Shown piece by piece: positions 11,033-21,045 of a stretch of DNA of 64,000 nucleotides. The notes beneath the pieces were generated by a model, which saw only the letters and a program-made list of their open reading frames with translations, was not told where the DNA came from and did not search any database. Location: assembly GCA_002430735.1 (NCBI GenBank), contig DJCV01000012.1:1390-65389 (forward strand), in the 5' to 3' direction. Each line of letters opens with the position of its first letter. Positions within the stretch are counted from its first letter, which is position 1. The position numbers and the translations under genes were made by a program. The stretch is from Candidatus Woesebacteria bacterium UBA5941 (GTDB taxonomy: Bacteria > Patescibacteriota > Microgenomatia > UBA8517).

Positions 11033-13444
11033 ATGAAAATCTTTTACGTTCCGCTCGCGCTTCTATCCGCCATTATCGTAGCGACGCTTTTTAATAATTT
11101 CTTGCTTGCTGAAAAGATAGCACCACTTTTTTGGTTGTCGTTCAGTGCCTCTCTCATTAGTTCACTGCTTTACGAAATGCGCAGTGAACTAATGCAGTCG
11201 TTTAACACGTACTCACTATTTGTATTGAAAAAGCTTGATATAATACTCTCCAAAACGCGTGCTTTATTTATTGCTTGTGGCATCATTGCACTGCTCTATG
11301 GATTTACCACCACTAAATTCATGGGAGGAGATGACACTCGAGTTTATTTCGAATATCCCTTTGAATATTTTACGAATTTTTCTTCTCATGTTGCAAGTAA
11401 CAATGCATTCAGCGGACTTATTGGCTTCTTACCACCTCCATCAATTAGCCCGTTTGTATTAATGCTTTCAGGCGTCAAGACAATACTTCCGTTTCTTAAT
11501 TTGCAGGCCGTGTATTTCGTTGGAAATATCACGTTTGGATTTTTCTTCTTCTTTCAACTGTTACTTCAACTCTTTCCGAAGAAGAGCGAATATCAGAATG
11601 TTGTCTTTGCCATTTGTTCGCTCCTCTATGTATTTTCGCAATTTAATATCTATACGCTTTACTCATCACAGACACTCGGGATGTTTGTCGTGAGTGTCTT
11701 ACCTTGCTCACTGTATTTATTTTCTCGTTCAATCAGAGAGCGAAAACTTTCCTTTTTGATTATTATCGCGCTTCTATTAACGCTTTTTAGCGTATTTGCT
11801 GTTGGACTACCGTGGTTTGCCGGGTCTGTACTCGTATTACTGCCAATCGCGATTTATATTTCTTTCTTTAATGTGAAGCGAAGCGTCTTTTATTTCACCA
11901 TTCTGTGCATATTGCTCGCTCTCTTTAATGCAAACTGGTTGGCATTTGTAACACATTCACCAGTTGTTCAAAACACGGTTGGTGTTCAAAGTAGTTTATC
12001 TTCAACGACGTTCAGAGAAATGAATGAGGTAGGTATTCGTTCAACGGCGGCTCACAACAATCCGTTATATGCGGTGTTAAACATTTTCCCAAAAGGACTG
12101 CAGACCGCATTTAATTGGCCATATCTTTCTGTGTATCGTGATTGGTATTCGAATATTCTTTTGGTAAATGGATTTTTTGTTGGAATCTTTGTCTCTGGGT
12201 TAGTTATTGCTTATAAAAAACGAAGAGAGAGAGTCGTGTATCTGGTAACGCTCGTATCGTTCTTAGTAGGATTGTATTTATTTATTGTAAATTTCGGTTC
12301 AATAGGTGTCGACTTATTTATACTTCTTACAGAACGCATTCCAGGGTTTGTAATGTTTCGAAATATGTACGACAAATTCGCACTTGGATTTTCTTTAGCA
12401 TATTCACTACTTCTTGCATCGAGTTTTTATATTGTCATGCAATCTAAGATATCCGACGTTGCTAAGAGAGTAGTTGTAGCACTGTTCTTTTTTGTAATGG
12501 TTCTCAACTTAAAACCAGTTCTCTTTAATGACTTTAGTCGAATTCCACTTTGGACAACTGAGGCATCATACGGAACGATTAAAGCGTTTAATAGCGATTT
12601 TGAATTACTGCTTCAGTACATGAAGTCGCATCCAACGGATGCACGATATCTGCTTGCACCACTTGCCAGTGGAAATATTTTCCCAATTGAGGATCGCTTC
12701 AATAGAAATAATTATTACGTTGGTGTCTCTCCTCTTTTCCTACTGACTGGTCAAAATGATTATTCGGGGATATTAAGTTTTGGTGCCTTAGGGGAAGAAG
12801 TGCGTACGTATCTACGAGAACGAGAATATGAAAAACTGCGCGGGTTTTTTAAAGAAATGAATGTAGGGTATATTATCAAAAACAATAGTGTTTCACCTGA
12901 TATTCAAAGAAGCTATATTTATTCTGATAATTTAATTGAGGACCAAGACAGTGAATTCTTTGACGAAATACTTGGTTCTAAGATTGCGGACTTTGGCAGC
13001 AGATATTCGTTGTACTCAGTGAAGGATGACTACATTCCACAAAAGGTATTTATTGCTGATAACCCTGGGGCAAATGTTACTTACGAAAAGACTGGCGACT
13101 ACCATTATGTAGTGCACATCACTAATGCGAAAGTAGATGATGTACTTGCATTCCTTGAGCCGCTCAGCGGGGATTGGATACTTGAATCAGTGTCAGGGAT
13201 TCCAATTACATCTGCAGCTACTGTCGTTTACAACGGATATGCAAATAGCTGGAAACTTACAGATACCTTGCTGTCACAGCTCCCACAAAGTGATGTAACC
13301 CGTGAGGGAGACGATGTTATTCAAGCCACCTTGTCACTATCGTATGTCCCACAGAAAATGTATACCCCTACCTTCTACCTATCATATGGAGCAATGATCG
13401 TTGCAGTGATCCTCTTAATAGTCTTACTATTACGAAATGAGTAA
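11033..13444 (+). CDS. large polytopic membrane protein, GT-C-like (paralog of 8202..10358)
   Basis: GGDDTRVY, MFRNMYDKF, DFGSRYSLY, NGYANSW. Confidence 0.65.
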   Translation: MKIFYVPLALLSAIIVATLFNNFLLAEKIAPLFWLSFSASLISSLLYEMRSELMQSFNTYSLFVLKKLDIILSKTRALFIACGIIALLYGFTTTKFMGGDDTRVYFEYPFEYFTNFSSHVASNNAFSGLIGFLPPPSISPFVLMLSGVKTILPFLNLQAVYFVGNITFGFFFFFQLLLQLFPKKSEYQNVVFAICSLLYVFSQFNIYTLYSSQTLGMFVVSVLPCSLYLFSRSIRERKLSFLIIIALLLTLFSVFAVGLPWFAGSVLVLLPIAIYISFFNVKRSVFYFTILCILLALFNANWLAFVTHSPVVQNTVGVQSSLSSTTFREMNEVGIRSTAAHNNPLYAVLNIFPKGLQTAFNWPYLSVYRDWYSNILLVNGFFVGIFVSGLVIAYKKRRERVVYLVTLVSFLVGLYLFIVNFGSIGVDLFILLTERIPGFVMFRNMYDKFALGFSLAYSLLLASSFYIVMQSKISDVAKRVVVALFFFVMVLNLKPVLFNDFSRIPLWTTEASYGTIKAFNSDFELLLQYMKSHPTDARYLLAPLASGNIFPIEDRFNRNNYYVGVSPLFLLTGQNDYSGILSFGALGEEVRTYLREREYEKLRGFFKEMNVGYIIKNNSVSPDIQRSYIYSDNLIEDQDSEFFDEILGSKIADFGSRYSLYSVKDDYIPQKVFIADNPGANVTYEKTGDYHYVVHITNAKVDDVLAFLEPLSGDWILESVSGIPITSAATVVYNGYANSWKLTDTLLSQLPQSDVTREGDDVIQATLSLSYVPQKMYTPTFYLSYGAMIVAVILLIVLLLRNE

Positions 13445-13601
13445 ATACTTATTTGTTAGCATTCTCTTGATTACGCCTCTTTTAGCATTTACCACAGTAA
13501 TCGGAAGGTACGGGTTATTAAATAGGTTACCTTTATTTGTTGGAGTGGTTATCGCATTTGGCGTAGTAGTCTACTTGGCTGAGTTACTGCATAAAAAATG
13601 A
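13437..13601 (+). CDS. small two-TM membrane protein (54 aa)
   Basis: Not in ORF track. MSKYLFVSILLITPLLAFTTVIGRYGLLNRLPLFVGVVIAFGVVVYLAELLHKK*; overlaps the upstream stop and the downstream start, filling the gap exactly. Confidence 0.7.
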   Translation: MSKYLFVSILLITPLLAFTTVIGRYGLLNRLPLFVGVVIAFGVVVYLAELLHKK

Positions 13602-16291
13602 TGAAACTAACGAAGTACTCCATTTTTATAATTCCAATCCTAATTGGAGTCTCGTTGTATTTTCGCACGGCAGTATCACCTCAAATTGGAGCACACGATC
13701 TACCGTTTATTTATTCCGCCCAATTACAAGAAGCCTTTGCGACACCACAGGCCTGGATCACCAGATATGGAAACAGCTTTGGAAGTGACAACGTTTCGAC
13801 GCTTTGGTTGTGGCCATACGATTTTCTCGGCGGAGCGTTATCTAAAATTGGATTCTCTTATAGCAGTTTTATAAAGGTATTTGGAATTCTGCCGTCAGTA
13901 CTTCTGGGATACTTCGGCATTTACACGATTCTTAAAAAAGCGAATTTGCACAAAAATGCTCGTGTGTTGGGAGGACTTTTGTATGTGACAAGCACGTACT
14001 TTTTACTACTTATCGATGGGGGACAAGTGCAGGTCGCTCTGGCATATGGCATGTTACCAATCGTCTTACAAGCATTCCTTGTAAGCCTTGAAAAGAAGAC
14101 TTTGATACCAAAAATGTATTTCGGAATAACACTCACCCTTTTGGGTTTTTGCGATTTCCGATTTGTGTACGTCGCGTTAATTGTACTTGCGCTATGGACA
14201 CTCGTGCATGTAAAGCAATTAAAATCTGCAGCAACAACAACGATTGTAGGATCTCTTGTTTTATTAATTGCGAATATCTACTGGATGTATCCAGTGCTCG
14301 TGTATCGATCAGTGTCACTTCCTTATAGCTATTCACAACCGGCAGAATTAGGTTTTTTAAGTTTTGCTACATTCTGGCATGGGTTTCAGTTTTTAGCACC
14401 GCATTGGTATGAAAATATATTCGGTACCATTGCTTTGATAAATCCACTCTTTTTCGTTGTTCCATTTATCTCATTTGCTGCGCCAGTCTTTGTGCGTCGA
14501 AACAAATCTGTCGCATTTTATTTACTTGTTTTGGCAGTTGGATTGCTACTGAGCAAAGGGTTAAATCCACCGCTTGAGTCAGTGAATTTATTTATATTTC
14601 AGAACATTCCAGGAATGTCGTTATTTAGAGACCCAACGAAATTTTACTTTCTCCTTGGGTTAGGATTTGCAGGACTCTCTGCATATACTCTCAACTATTT
14701 AATTGAGCAAAAACGCGTCTACTTAACCCGCGGAGTCTACACGCTTTTTTCTTTGTATCTAATCGGTGTGGTATCTCCAATTATTAGTGGGAAGATGACC
14801 GGAATTCTCAACTATCCTGATCAGGTTTCTGAATACAACACGTTTAAAGAAGTTATTACGAAGAAAGGACCTGGACGTACCCTCTGGATTCCTGATCGCG
14901 GTCAACTTGGGTTTTCTTCACCGCTTAATCCATCACTTGATATGACAATACTCAATCAAATTCGACCATTTGTAAGTCAATCTGTGGGGTCGTATGAAAT
15001 TAATAATTTCTTAAGGGAGGGATCTTTTGTCGGTGAGTTACTTTCTATGAGTGGCATTTCTCGAATTGTTTATCCTGGAGTTGATAAACGCAGAGTGAAG
15101 CTTTCAGACGAAGATCTGCCATATCATGATATATTCTTTGATCAAATTGCAAGGCGCCCGTGGGCAGAGCAAGGGGAAGTCGAGAATACCCTCTTAGTTG
15201 AAAATGCACAGGCAGAGATATATCCGTTATCAAGTATGAACTTTGTTCTCGGTCCTGATTCTTTCTATGATGAAATGGCTTCAAGTAGTGCCCGATTAGC
15301 AGGAACAGTATTGATAGAGCAGTTCCCTGGTCTAATGGAAGAAGTGTGGTCACAGAATTTTCCAGTACTCGCATTCCGAAAGACTGAAACTGATATTGTG
15401 GCCTCCCTCATACCATCACATTTCATGCATAGCATTGCGGATAGTCTGAAAAATGACCCTGATCAGTCTGGTTGGTGGAAAAGGGGAACAAACCAATTCA
15501 GGGAGGCGCGAGTATTCCTGCAAGAAAAATACGCGATTGATATGAGAGATTTTGATTATGGTCATGGATGGGCATTCTCTGAGGGAAATCTTACCCATGA
15601 AGTAAAAGAGCCGACAATTGATGGTCATCTCTACATTAGAGTGCTTACAACAACGTTAGGAGGCATGGTCAGTGCCGTAAATAACGGAAACGCTATCGGA
15701 ACAGTCTCAACTATTCCCGAAAACAAATCAGTACGTACAGTTTCGTTTAGTGGCGGCGGCGCTCCAAGTGTTACTGAATATGAAGAAGGTGTTTTCCACT
15801 GGTATTATCTTGGAAAAACAACAAAAGGAACCCTCTCACTCCAAACAAAGGGAGAATTAAATGCGGTTACTTCAATTGCAGTTATTCCTGATACTGTTCA
15901 AAACGAAATAACTCAAAAAAGGTCTCATTTGTCCGTGCGTTTTTGGGATGAGATGTCTGATGTCGATAAGCGCGCGCTGTTTCAAACTGGAACACCGACT
16001 ACGTTGTCCATCCTTGCCTCTACGCCAACAAGTAAAGAAATAGAGGTGAGTGGTACATCTGGTGGTGCTTTTATCGGTTTTTCTAATACATATAGTCCCC
16101 ACTGGAAAATTCAAAACGACGAAAATTCGCAAAGCTATCCCCTTTTCACATTTCTAAATGCATTTTATATACCTGCTGATGGGAGGTATACTCTACAATA
16201 TGAGCCACAGACCTCAGTTGCTATTGGGTCGATCGCTAGCGGTATTGGTATCATACTTATCACATTAGTTGTTTTATGCAAAAGAAAGTAA
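13598..16291 (+). CDS. large polytopic membrane protein, GT-C-like, with extended extracytoplasmic domain
   Basis: Multiple TMs, KGLNPPL, LFRDPTKF, RTLWIP, long soluble C-half, C-terminal TM. Confidence 0.65.
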   Translation: MMKLTKYSIFIIPILIGVSLYFRTAVSPQIGAHDLPFIYSAQLQEAFATPQAWITRYGNSFGSDNVSTLWLWPYDFLGGALSKIGFSYSSFIKVFGILPSVLLGYFGIYTILKKANLHKNARVLGGLLYVTSTYFLLLIDGGQVQVALAYGMLPIVLQAFLVSLEKKTLIPKMYFGITLTLLGFCDFRFVYVALIVLALWTLVHVKQLKSAATTTIVGSLVLLIANIYWMYPVLVYRSVSLPYSYSQPAELGFLSFATFWHGFQFLAPHWYENIFGTIALINPLFFVVPFISFAAPVFVRRNKSVAFYLLVLAVGLLLSKGLNPPLESVNLFIFQNIPGMSLFRDPTKFYFLLGLGFAGLSAYTLNYLIEQKRVYLTRGVYTLFSLYLIGVVSPIISGKMTGILNYPDQVSEYNTFKEVITKKGPGRTLWIPDRGQLGFSSPLNPSLDMTILNQIRPFVSQSVGSYEINNFLREGSFVGELLSMSGISRIVYPGVDKRRVKLSDEDLPYHDIFFDQIARRPWAEQGEVENTLLVENAQAEIYPLSSMNFVLGPDSFYDEMASSSARLAGTVLIEQFPGLMEEVWSQNFPVLAFRKTETDIVASLIPSHFMHSIADSLKNDPDQSGWWKRGTNQFREARVFLQEKYAIDMRDFDYGHGWAFSEGNLTHEVKEPTIDGHLYIRVLTTTLGGMVSAVNNGNAIGTVSTIPENKSVRTVSFSGGGAPSVTEYEEGVFHWYYLGKTTKGTLSLQTKGELNAVTSIAVIPDTVQNEITQKRSHLSVRFWDEMSDVDKRALFQTGTPTTLSILASTPTSKEIEVSGTSGGAFIGFSNTYSPHWKIQNDENSQSYPLFTFLNAFYIPADGRYTLQYEPQTSVAIGSIASGIGIILITLVVLCKRK

Positions 16292-17016
16292 TTATTGTAA
16301 TGCCGGCATATAACGCCGCAAAGACGCTACAAAAGACCTATTCTGACATCCCCAAAAAGTATAAGAAATCAATATTGCTTGTTGATGACGGGAGTCATGA
16401 CTCGACAGTCCGCAAAGCAAAACGATTAGGAATTAAAACCATTAGCCATCCGCAAAACAGAGGATACGGCGGTAATCAAAAAACCTGCTACACCGTTGCG
16501 GTGTCTGAAAAGGCAGATATTGTAGTAATGATCCATCCAGACTATCAGTACGATGCAACATTAACAGAAGAATTAATTAGACCGTTATTACAAGGGCGCG
16601 AAGATATTATGCTCGGCTCCCGGATCAGAACTCGTGAAGAGGTATTAAGTGGAGGAATGCCCTGGTGGAAATATGCTGGAAACCGCTTTCTCACTATATT
16701 TGAAAACACAGTACTCGGTCGGAACTTGTCTGAATACCACACAGGTCTTCGCGCATACACAAAAGAAACATTAAAGGTATTACCGTTCCACCGATTTTCT
16801 GATGATTTTGTTTTTGATCAGGAATTGTTAGTATCCGCAGTCTATTCAGGTTTGCGTATTGGAGAAATCCCCGTACCCGTGAGGTATTTCCCTGACGCAT
16901 CTTCGATCAGCTTTATGCGCTCAGTAAAATATGGACTCATGACACTCCTTACTCTCGCTAAATATATGATTGCAAAGACCGGAATTGTGGTACCTGCTAT
17001 TTTTATAAAAAAGTAA
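16276..17016 (+). CDS. GT2, polyprenyl-phosphate sugar synthase (DPM synthase-like)
   Basis: MPAYN, VDDGSHD, NRGYGG, HPDYQY, GSR, SEYHTGLRAY. Confidence 0.85.
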   Translation: MQKKVIIVMPAYNAAKTLQKTYSDIPKKYKKSILLVDDGSHDSTVRKAKRLGIKTISHPQNRGYGGNQKTCYTVAVSEKADIVVMIHPDYQYDATLTEELIRPLLQGREDIMLGSRIRTREEVLSGGMPWWKYAGNRFLTIFENTVLGRNLSEYHTGLRAYTKETLKVLPFHRFSDDFVFDQELLVSAVYSGLRIGEIPVPVRYFPDASSISFMRSVKYGLMTLLTLAKYMIAKTGIVVPAIFIKK

Positions 17017-17017
17017 T

Positions 17018-17812
17018 ATGAAAATTAGTGCAAATGTCTTAGTTGAGAATGAAGAAAACTTTTTGTGGTTTGCAGTCACCAGTGTTATCGCGTATGTAGA
17101 TGAAGTGCTCATTTATAACGCGGGATCTGTTGATTACACAAGGCGAGTTATTTCAGAGTTAGTCACAAAATTTCCTGACAAAATTATTGTAAAACATTTA
17201 CCTAAATTAACGAAGGAAGAGTACCCTGCTGTTCGACAGGAAATGCTAGAAAAATCGTCAGGTGATTGGATCTTCATACTAGACGGAGATGAAGTGTGGT
17301 GGGAGAGTTCCATTGCCGAACTGACAAAACAAATACACGACAATGGCAATAGCCTTGATTCGATCGTGTCTTATTTCACAAATTGCATTGGGGACTTATT
17401 TCATTTCCAAGACGAGAAGAAACAGAACTATATTATTGATGGCAAAAAAGGTGCTCTTACCATACGTGCATTTAGTAAACACTTGCCAGGATTGCATGTG
17501 GATCGAGAATACGGACGTGAAGGGTTTTTCTCCGAGCAAACGCTTATTCAGGATCTGTCCTCGGAAAGAAGAATGCATTTAGTAAATACAGCCTTTCTTC
17601 ATATGACCCATTTATCACGAAGCGATGTCGGTTCTAAGAAAATGAAAAGCGAAGTGGGACATGCCTTTCCACTTGATTACTACTACCCTGAAGCATTGTT
17701 CAAAGAACGGCCTTCATTTGTTTCCTACCCGTTTTATGTAAGAGGCAAAGGATATTTATTGAAAAGCGCCGTTCGAAAAGCTGCAAAGTCGATATACTCT
17801 GTAGTTAGATGA
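17018..17812 (+). CDS. glycosyltransferase family 2
   Basis: NEE, NAGSVDYT, WIFILDGDE. Confidence 0.8.
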   Translation: MKISANVLVENEENFLWFAVTSVIAYVDEVLIYNAGSVDYTRRVISELVTKFPDKIIVKHLPKLTKEEYPAVRQEMLEKSSGDWIFILDGDEVWWESSIAELTKQIHDNGNSLDSIVSYFTNCIGDLFHFQDEKKQNYIIDGKKGALTIRAFSKHLPGLHVDREYGREGFFSEQTLIQDLSSERRMHLVNTAFLHMTHLSRSDVGSKKMKSEVGHAFPLDYYYPEALFKERPSFVSYPFYVRGKGYLLKSAVRKAAKSIYSVVR

Positions 17813-17846
17813 TAGCTGCTGGATTTGAAAATTAGTAAAATACTCT

Positions 17847-18536
17847 ATGGACCATATTGGGGCAGAAACATTAAAGCGTATGGATACCGCTCGCTTTTAT
17901 AACGACGAGATTTTTCGACGAGCGAAACCGTTTATGCATGGTGATATTTTAGAAATCGGGTGTGGTATCGGGTCATTCACAAAAAAACTCACGAAACGAG
18001 GTGATGTATGGGCAATTGATATTGAAAAATATTATATTTCTAAAACAAAAAAGGCACTTGGTAAAAGCGCACATGTTGGGTTTGGAGATATAGAGGCGGG
18101 AAAGTATTTTTTTGATTCCAAAAAGAAATTCGACTCAATCATTTGCTTAAACGTCTTAGAACACATAAAGAATGACGATACAACTTTAAAAAACATTTCC
18201 AACTTATTAAAAAAAGGTGGAAGTGTTTTTCTGCTCACCCCTGCACACCAATTATTTTTTGGCTCACTTGATCAAGGATTGGGACATGAAAGACGATACA
18301 CAGTAAAAAAACTAGGCGATCAGTTCACTAAAGCTGGATTAACTGTTCAGCATACGTATTACTTTAATGCATTCGGCGGTATTGGGTGGTTTGTCAATTC
18401 TCGGATTTTTCGTCGTAAAATTATGCCAAGCAATCAACTCAGAATCTTTACCATGATTGGACGCATTCCATTGTTCTTTGAGAAATTTATACGCCCGCCA
18501 TTTGGATTGTCAGTTATTGTTGTAGCATCCAAATGA
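17847..18536 (+). CDS. class I SAM-dependent methyltransferase
   Basis: ILEIGCGIG, LNVLEHI, GHERRY. Confidence 0.88.
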   Translation: MDHIGAETLKRMDTARFYNDEIFRRAKPFMHGDILEIGCGIGSFTKKLTKRGDVWAIDIEKYYISKTKKALGKSAHVGFGDIEAGKYFFDSKKKFDSIICLNVLEHIKNDDTTLKNISNLLKKGGSVFLLTPAHQLFFGSLDQGLGHERRYTVKKLGDQFTKAGLTVQHTYYFNAFGGIGWFVNSRIFRRKIMPSNQLRIFTMIGRIPLFFEKFIRPPFGLSVIVVASK

Positions 18537-19255
18537 AATTATCAGTTATTATCCCCGTCTATAATGAAGAGCGAACTATTCTGCAACTTCTAAAGAAAGT
18601 TGTTGCAGCACCACTCCCTAAAAATGTGAAGCTAGAGATTGTTGTTGTAGATGATGGATCAAGAGACAAATCCTGGAAAATAGCAACTTCATTTCAAAAG
18701 AAACACGCAAAGCTCGATATGGTTGTGTTAAGACAGCCTAAAAATAGAGGAAAAGGAGCTGCGATACGAACCGGGTTGTCAGCGGCTACTGGCAATGTAC
18801 TCATGATCCAAGATGCTGATTTAGAATACGATCCCGTGCAATACCTTGCACTTCTTGAACCCATATTGAAACGAAAGGCTCACGTTGTATATGGCACGCG
18901 ATTAAAAACATACCCCCTTCATTTAGTGGGAAAGCATAGAACGCCACTTTTTACTCACTATTTGGGAAATAAATTTCTCACGTTCATGACAAACATTTTG
19001 TATCACAGCAATTTGTCTGATATGGAAACATGTTACAAAGTCTTTACGAGACAGGCACTTCACGGCGTAACGATTGCCTCAAATCGCTTTGAGTTTGAAC
19101 CAGAAATTACTGCAAAACTATTGAAGAAAAAGATTTCTATAGTGGAAATACCAATCACGGTTTCACCTCGAGGGTATGATGATGGCAAAAAAATTAGTTG
19201 GAAAGACGGATTCAGTGCATTGTGGACATTGGTTAAATACCGCTTCAATGATTGA
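18533..19255 (+). CDS. GT2, polyprenyl-phosphate sugar synthase (DPM synthase-like)
   Basis: IPVYNEE, VDDGSRD, NRGKGAA, QDADLEYDP, DMETCYK, FEFEPEIT, GKKISWKDG. Confidence 0.9.
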   Translation: MKLSVIIPVYNEERTILQLLKKVVAAPLPKNVKLEIVVVDDGSRDKSWKIATSFQKKHAKLDMVVLRQPKNRGKGAAIRTGLSAATGNVLMIQDADLEYDPVQYLALLEPILKRKAHVVYGTRLKTYPLHLVGKHRTPLFTHYLGNKFLTFMTNILYHSNLSDMETCYKVFTRQALHGVTIASNRFEFEPEITAKLLKKKISIVEIPITVSPRGYDDGKKISWKDGFSALWTLVKYRFND

Positions 19256-19273
19256 TCTTGATATACTGCGTCA

Positions 19274-20302
19274 ATGAAAGTTGCAATTTTATCCTACTAC
19301 TCGACACACGTTGAACGTGGAGTTGAAGTATGGGCACTTTCTTTAAAAGAAGCCTTACAAGATGAATGCGAGGTCACTATTTTCCATGAGAAGCGGGAAA
19401 TAGACCGTAGTATTCCAGAAAGCGCTGGGGTTATTCGAAAATTATTTCTCGACCATTGGAGCCGTGCAATCTTTGGCTTTACCTGGCAAATTTTAAGTAC
19501 ACTCAGGAAAGACAACTTCGACATTATTATTCCGACTAATGGCGGGTGGCAGGTTGCCTTAATTCGCATATATACGTTTTTCTTTCGAAAGAAAATGATC
19601 ATAGTTGGGCATGCTGGCATCGGTTATGACGATGCCTGGAATGTATTGTGGTGCCCCGATTGTTTCGTCGCTTTAAGCACATTTGCAAAACAGTGGGCGC
19701 GAAGAATTAATCCACTCATACGAATTGAGATGATCCCAAACGGTATATGGCTTGAAAAATTTACGAAAGGAGGGCAAAAAGTCTCTCTAGAATTGAAGAA
19801 GCCAATCGTTCTTTCAGTCGGTTCTCTGCAAGCCGGGAAACGGCCAGCTCTGACCATTGAGGCAGTTGCACAAATGCAGAATACTTCACTATTAATGCTT
19901 GGCGATGGCCCACTAGTAACTTCACTGTCTGAACTTGGACATGAGCTACTGGGCGAACGGTTTTTGTTAAAGAAAGTCCCGCATGTAGAAATTGCAAAAT
20001 ACTTTCATGCTGCAGATGTCTTTACATTATCAACGTGGTCTCGTGAGGCTTTTGGAATTGTGTACTTGGAAGCAATGGCGTGTAACCTTCCGATCGTTAC
20101 AACGGATGATCCGATTAAGCGCGAGATAATAGGGGATGCTGGAATCTATGTTGATCCAAATAACTCTGGTGAATATGCACGCGCACTGAAAAAGGCACTA
20201 TCGAAAGATTGGGGTCGAACGCCAAGAATTCAGGCAGAGAAATATCGATGGGAACGGGTATCAGCTCAATACAGTACACTATTTCAGTCACTTATAAAAT
20301 AA
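19274..20302 (+). CDS. glycosyltransferase family 4
   Basis: EAFGIVYLEAMAC. Confidence 0.88.
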   Translation: MKVAILSYYSTHVERGVEVWALSLKEALQDECEVTIFHEKREIDRSIPESAGVIRKLFLDHWSRAIFGFTWQILSTLRKDNFDIIIPTNGGWQVALIRIYTFFFRKKMIIVGHAGIGYDDAWNVLWCPDCFVALSTFAKQWARRINPLIRIEMIPNGIWLEKFTKGGQKVSLELKKPIVLSVGSLQAGKRPALTIEAVAQMQNTSLLMLGDGPLVTSLSELGHELLGERFLLKKVPHVEIAKYFHAADVFTLSTWSREAFGIVYLEAMACNLPIVTTDDPIKREIIGDAGIYVDPNNSGEYARALKKALSKDWGRTPRIQAEKYRWERVSAQYSTLFQSLIK

Positions 20303-20306
20303 TGCG

Positions 20307-21044
20307 ATGGTATCAATCATTATCCTCACCTATAACGAAGAAAAAAACATACAACGCGCGATTGATTCCGTAAAAAAAATAAGCGATGACATCGTGATCG
20401 TCGATTCGGGAAGTATAGACAAAACGCTCGCCATTGCCAGACAGTCTGGCTGTCGCATTATCAGCCATGCACTTGATGACTTTGCTTCACAACGTAATCG
20501 AGCTACCAAACACACAAAATACCAGTGGGTGCTTTCTATGGATGCTGATGAAGAAATCCCAAAAGATCTGCAAAATGAAATCGTTACCCGATTAAAAGAA
20601 CCGATCGAAGACGCCTTTTTAATTCCACGAAGAAATATCATCTTTGGGAAAGAGATCAAACACACGAGATGGAGTCCGGATGCACATGTCTGGCTGTATA
20701 ACAAAGAAAAAGGGAAGTGGGTTGGTACGATCCATGAAGAGTATGTGACAACAGGGAGTGTTGGAATCCTCATGCATGGAAAACTGCACTATTCACACAA
20801 ATCGGTAAGAGAGTTTATCGAAATGCTAAACCAATATACTGATGAAGAAGCAAGCCGGTTATATAAAGCAGGCAACAAAGGAGGGCTGATCCCTATGTTC
20901 TTTTATTCCGCTCGTTCGTTTATTGGACGGTTCATTATAAAGAAAGGATTCCTTGATGGATATCATGGACTAGTATTATCGCTCCTCATGGCTTTTTACA
21001 GATTCGTTACCTGGGCTAAAGTGTGGGAGAAAGGACTCAAATAA
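20307..21044 (+). CDS. glycosyltransferase family 2 (WaaE/KdtX-like)
   Basis: TYNEE, VDSGSIDKT, QRN, MDADE, IHE, KGFLDG. Confidence 0.88.
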   Translation: MVSIIILTYNEEKNIQRAIDSVKKISDDIVIVDSGSIDKTLAIARQSGCRIISHALDDFASQRNRATKHTKYQWVLSMDADEEIPKDLQNEIVTRLKEPIEDAFLIPRRNIIFGKEIKHTRWSPDAHVWLYNKEKGKWVGTIHEEYVTTGSVGILMHGKLHYSHKSVREFIEMLNQYTDEEASRLYKAGNKGGLIPMFFYSARSFIGRFIIKKGFLDGYHGLVLSLLMAFYRFVTWAKVWEKGLK

Positions 21045-21045
21045 A

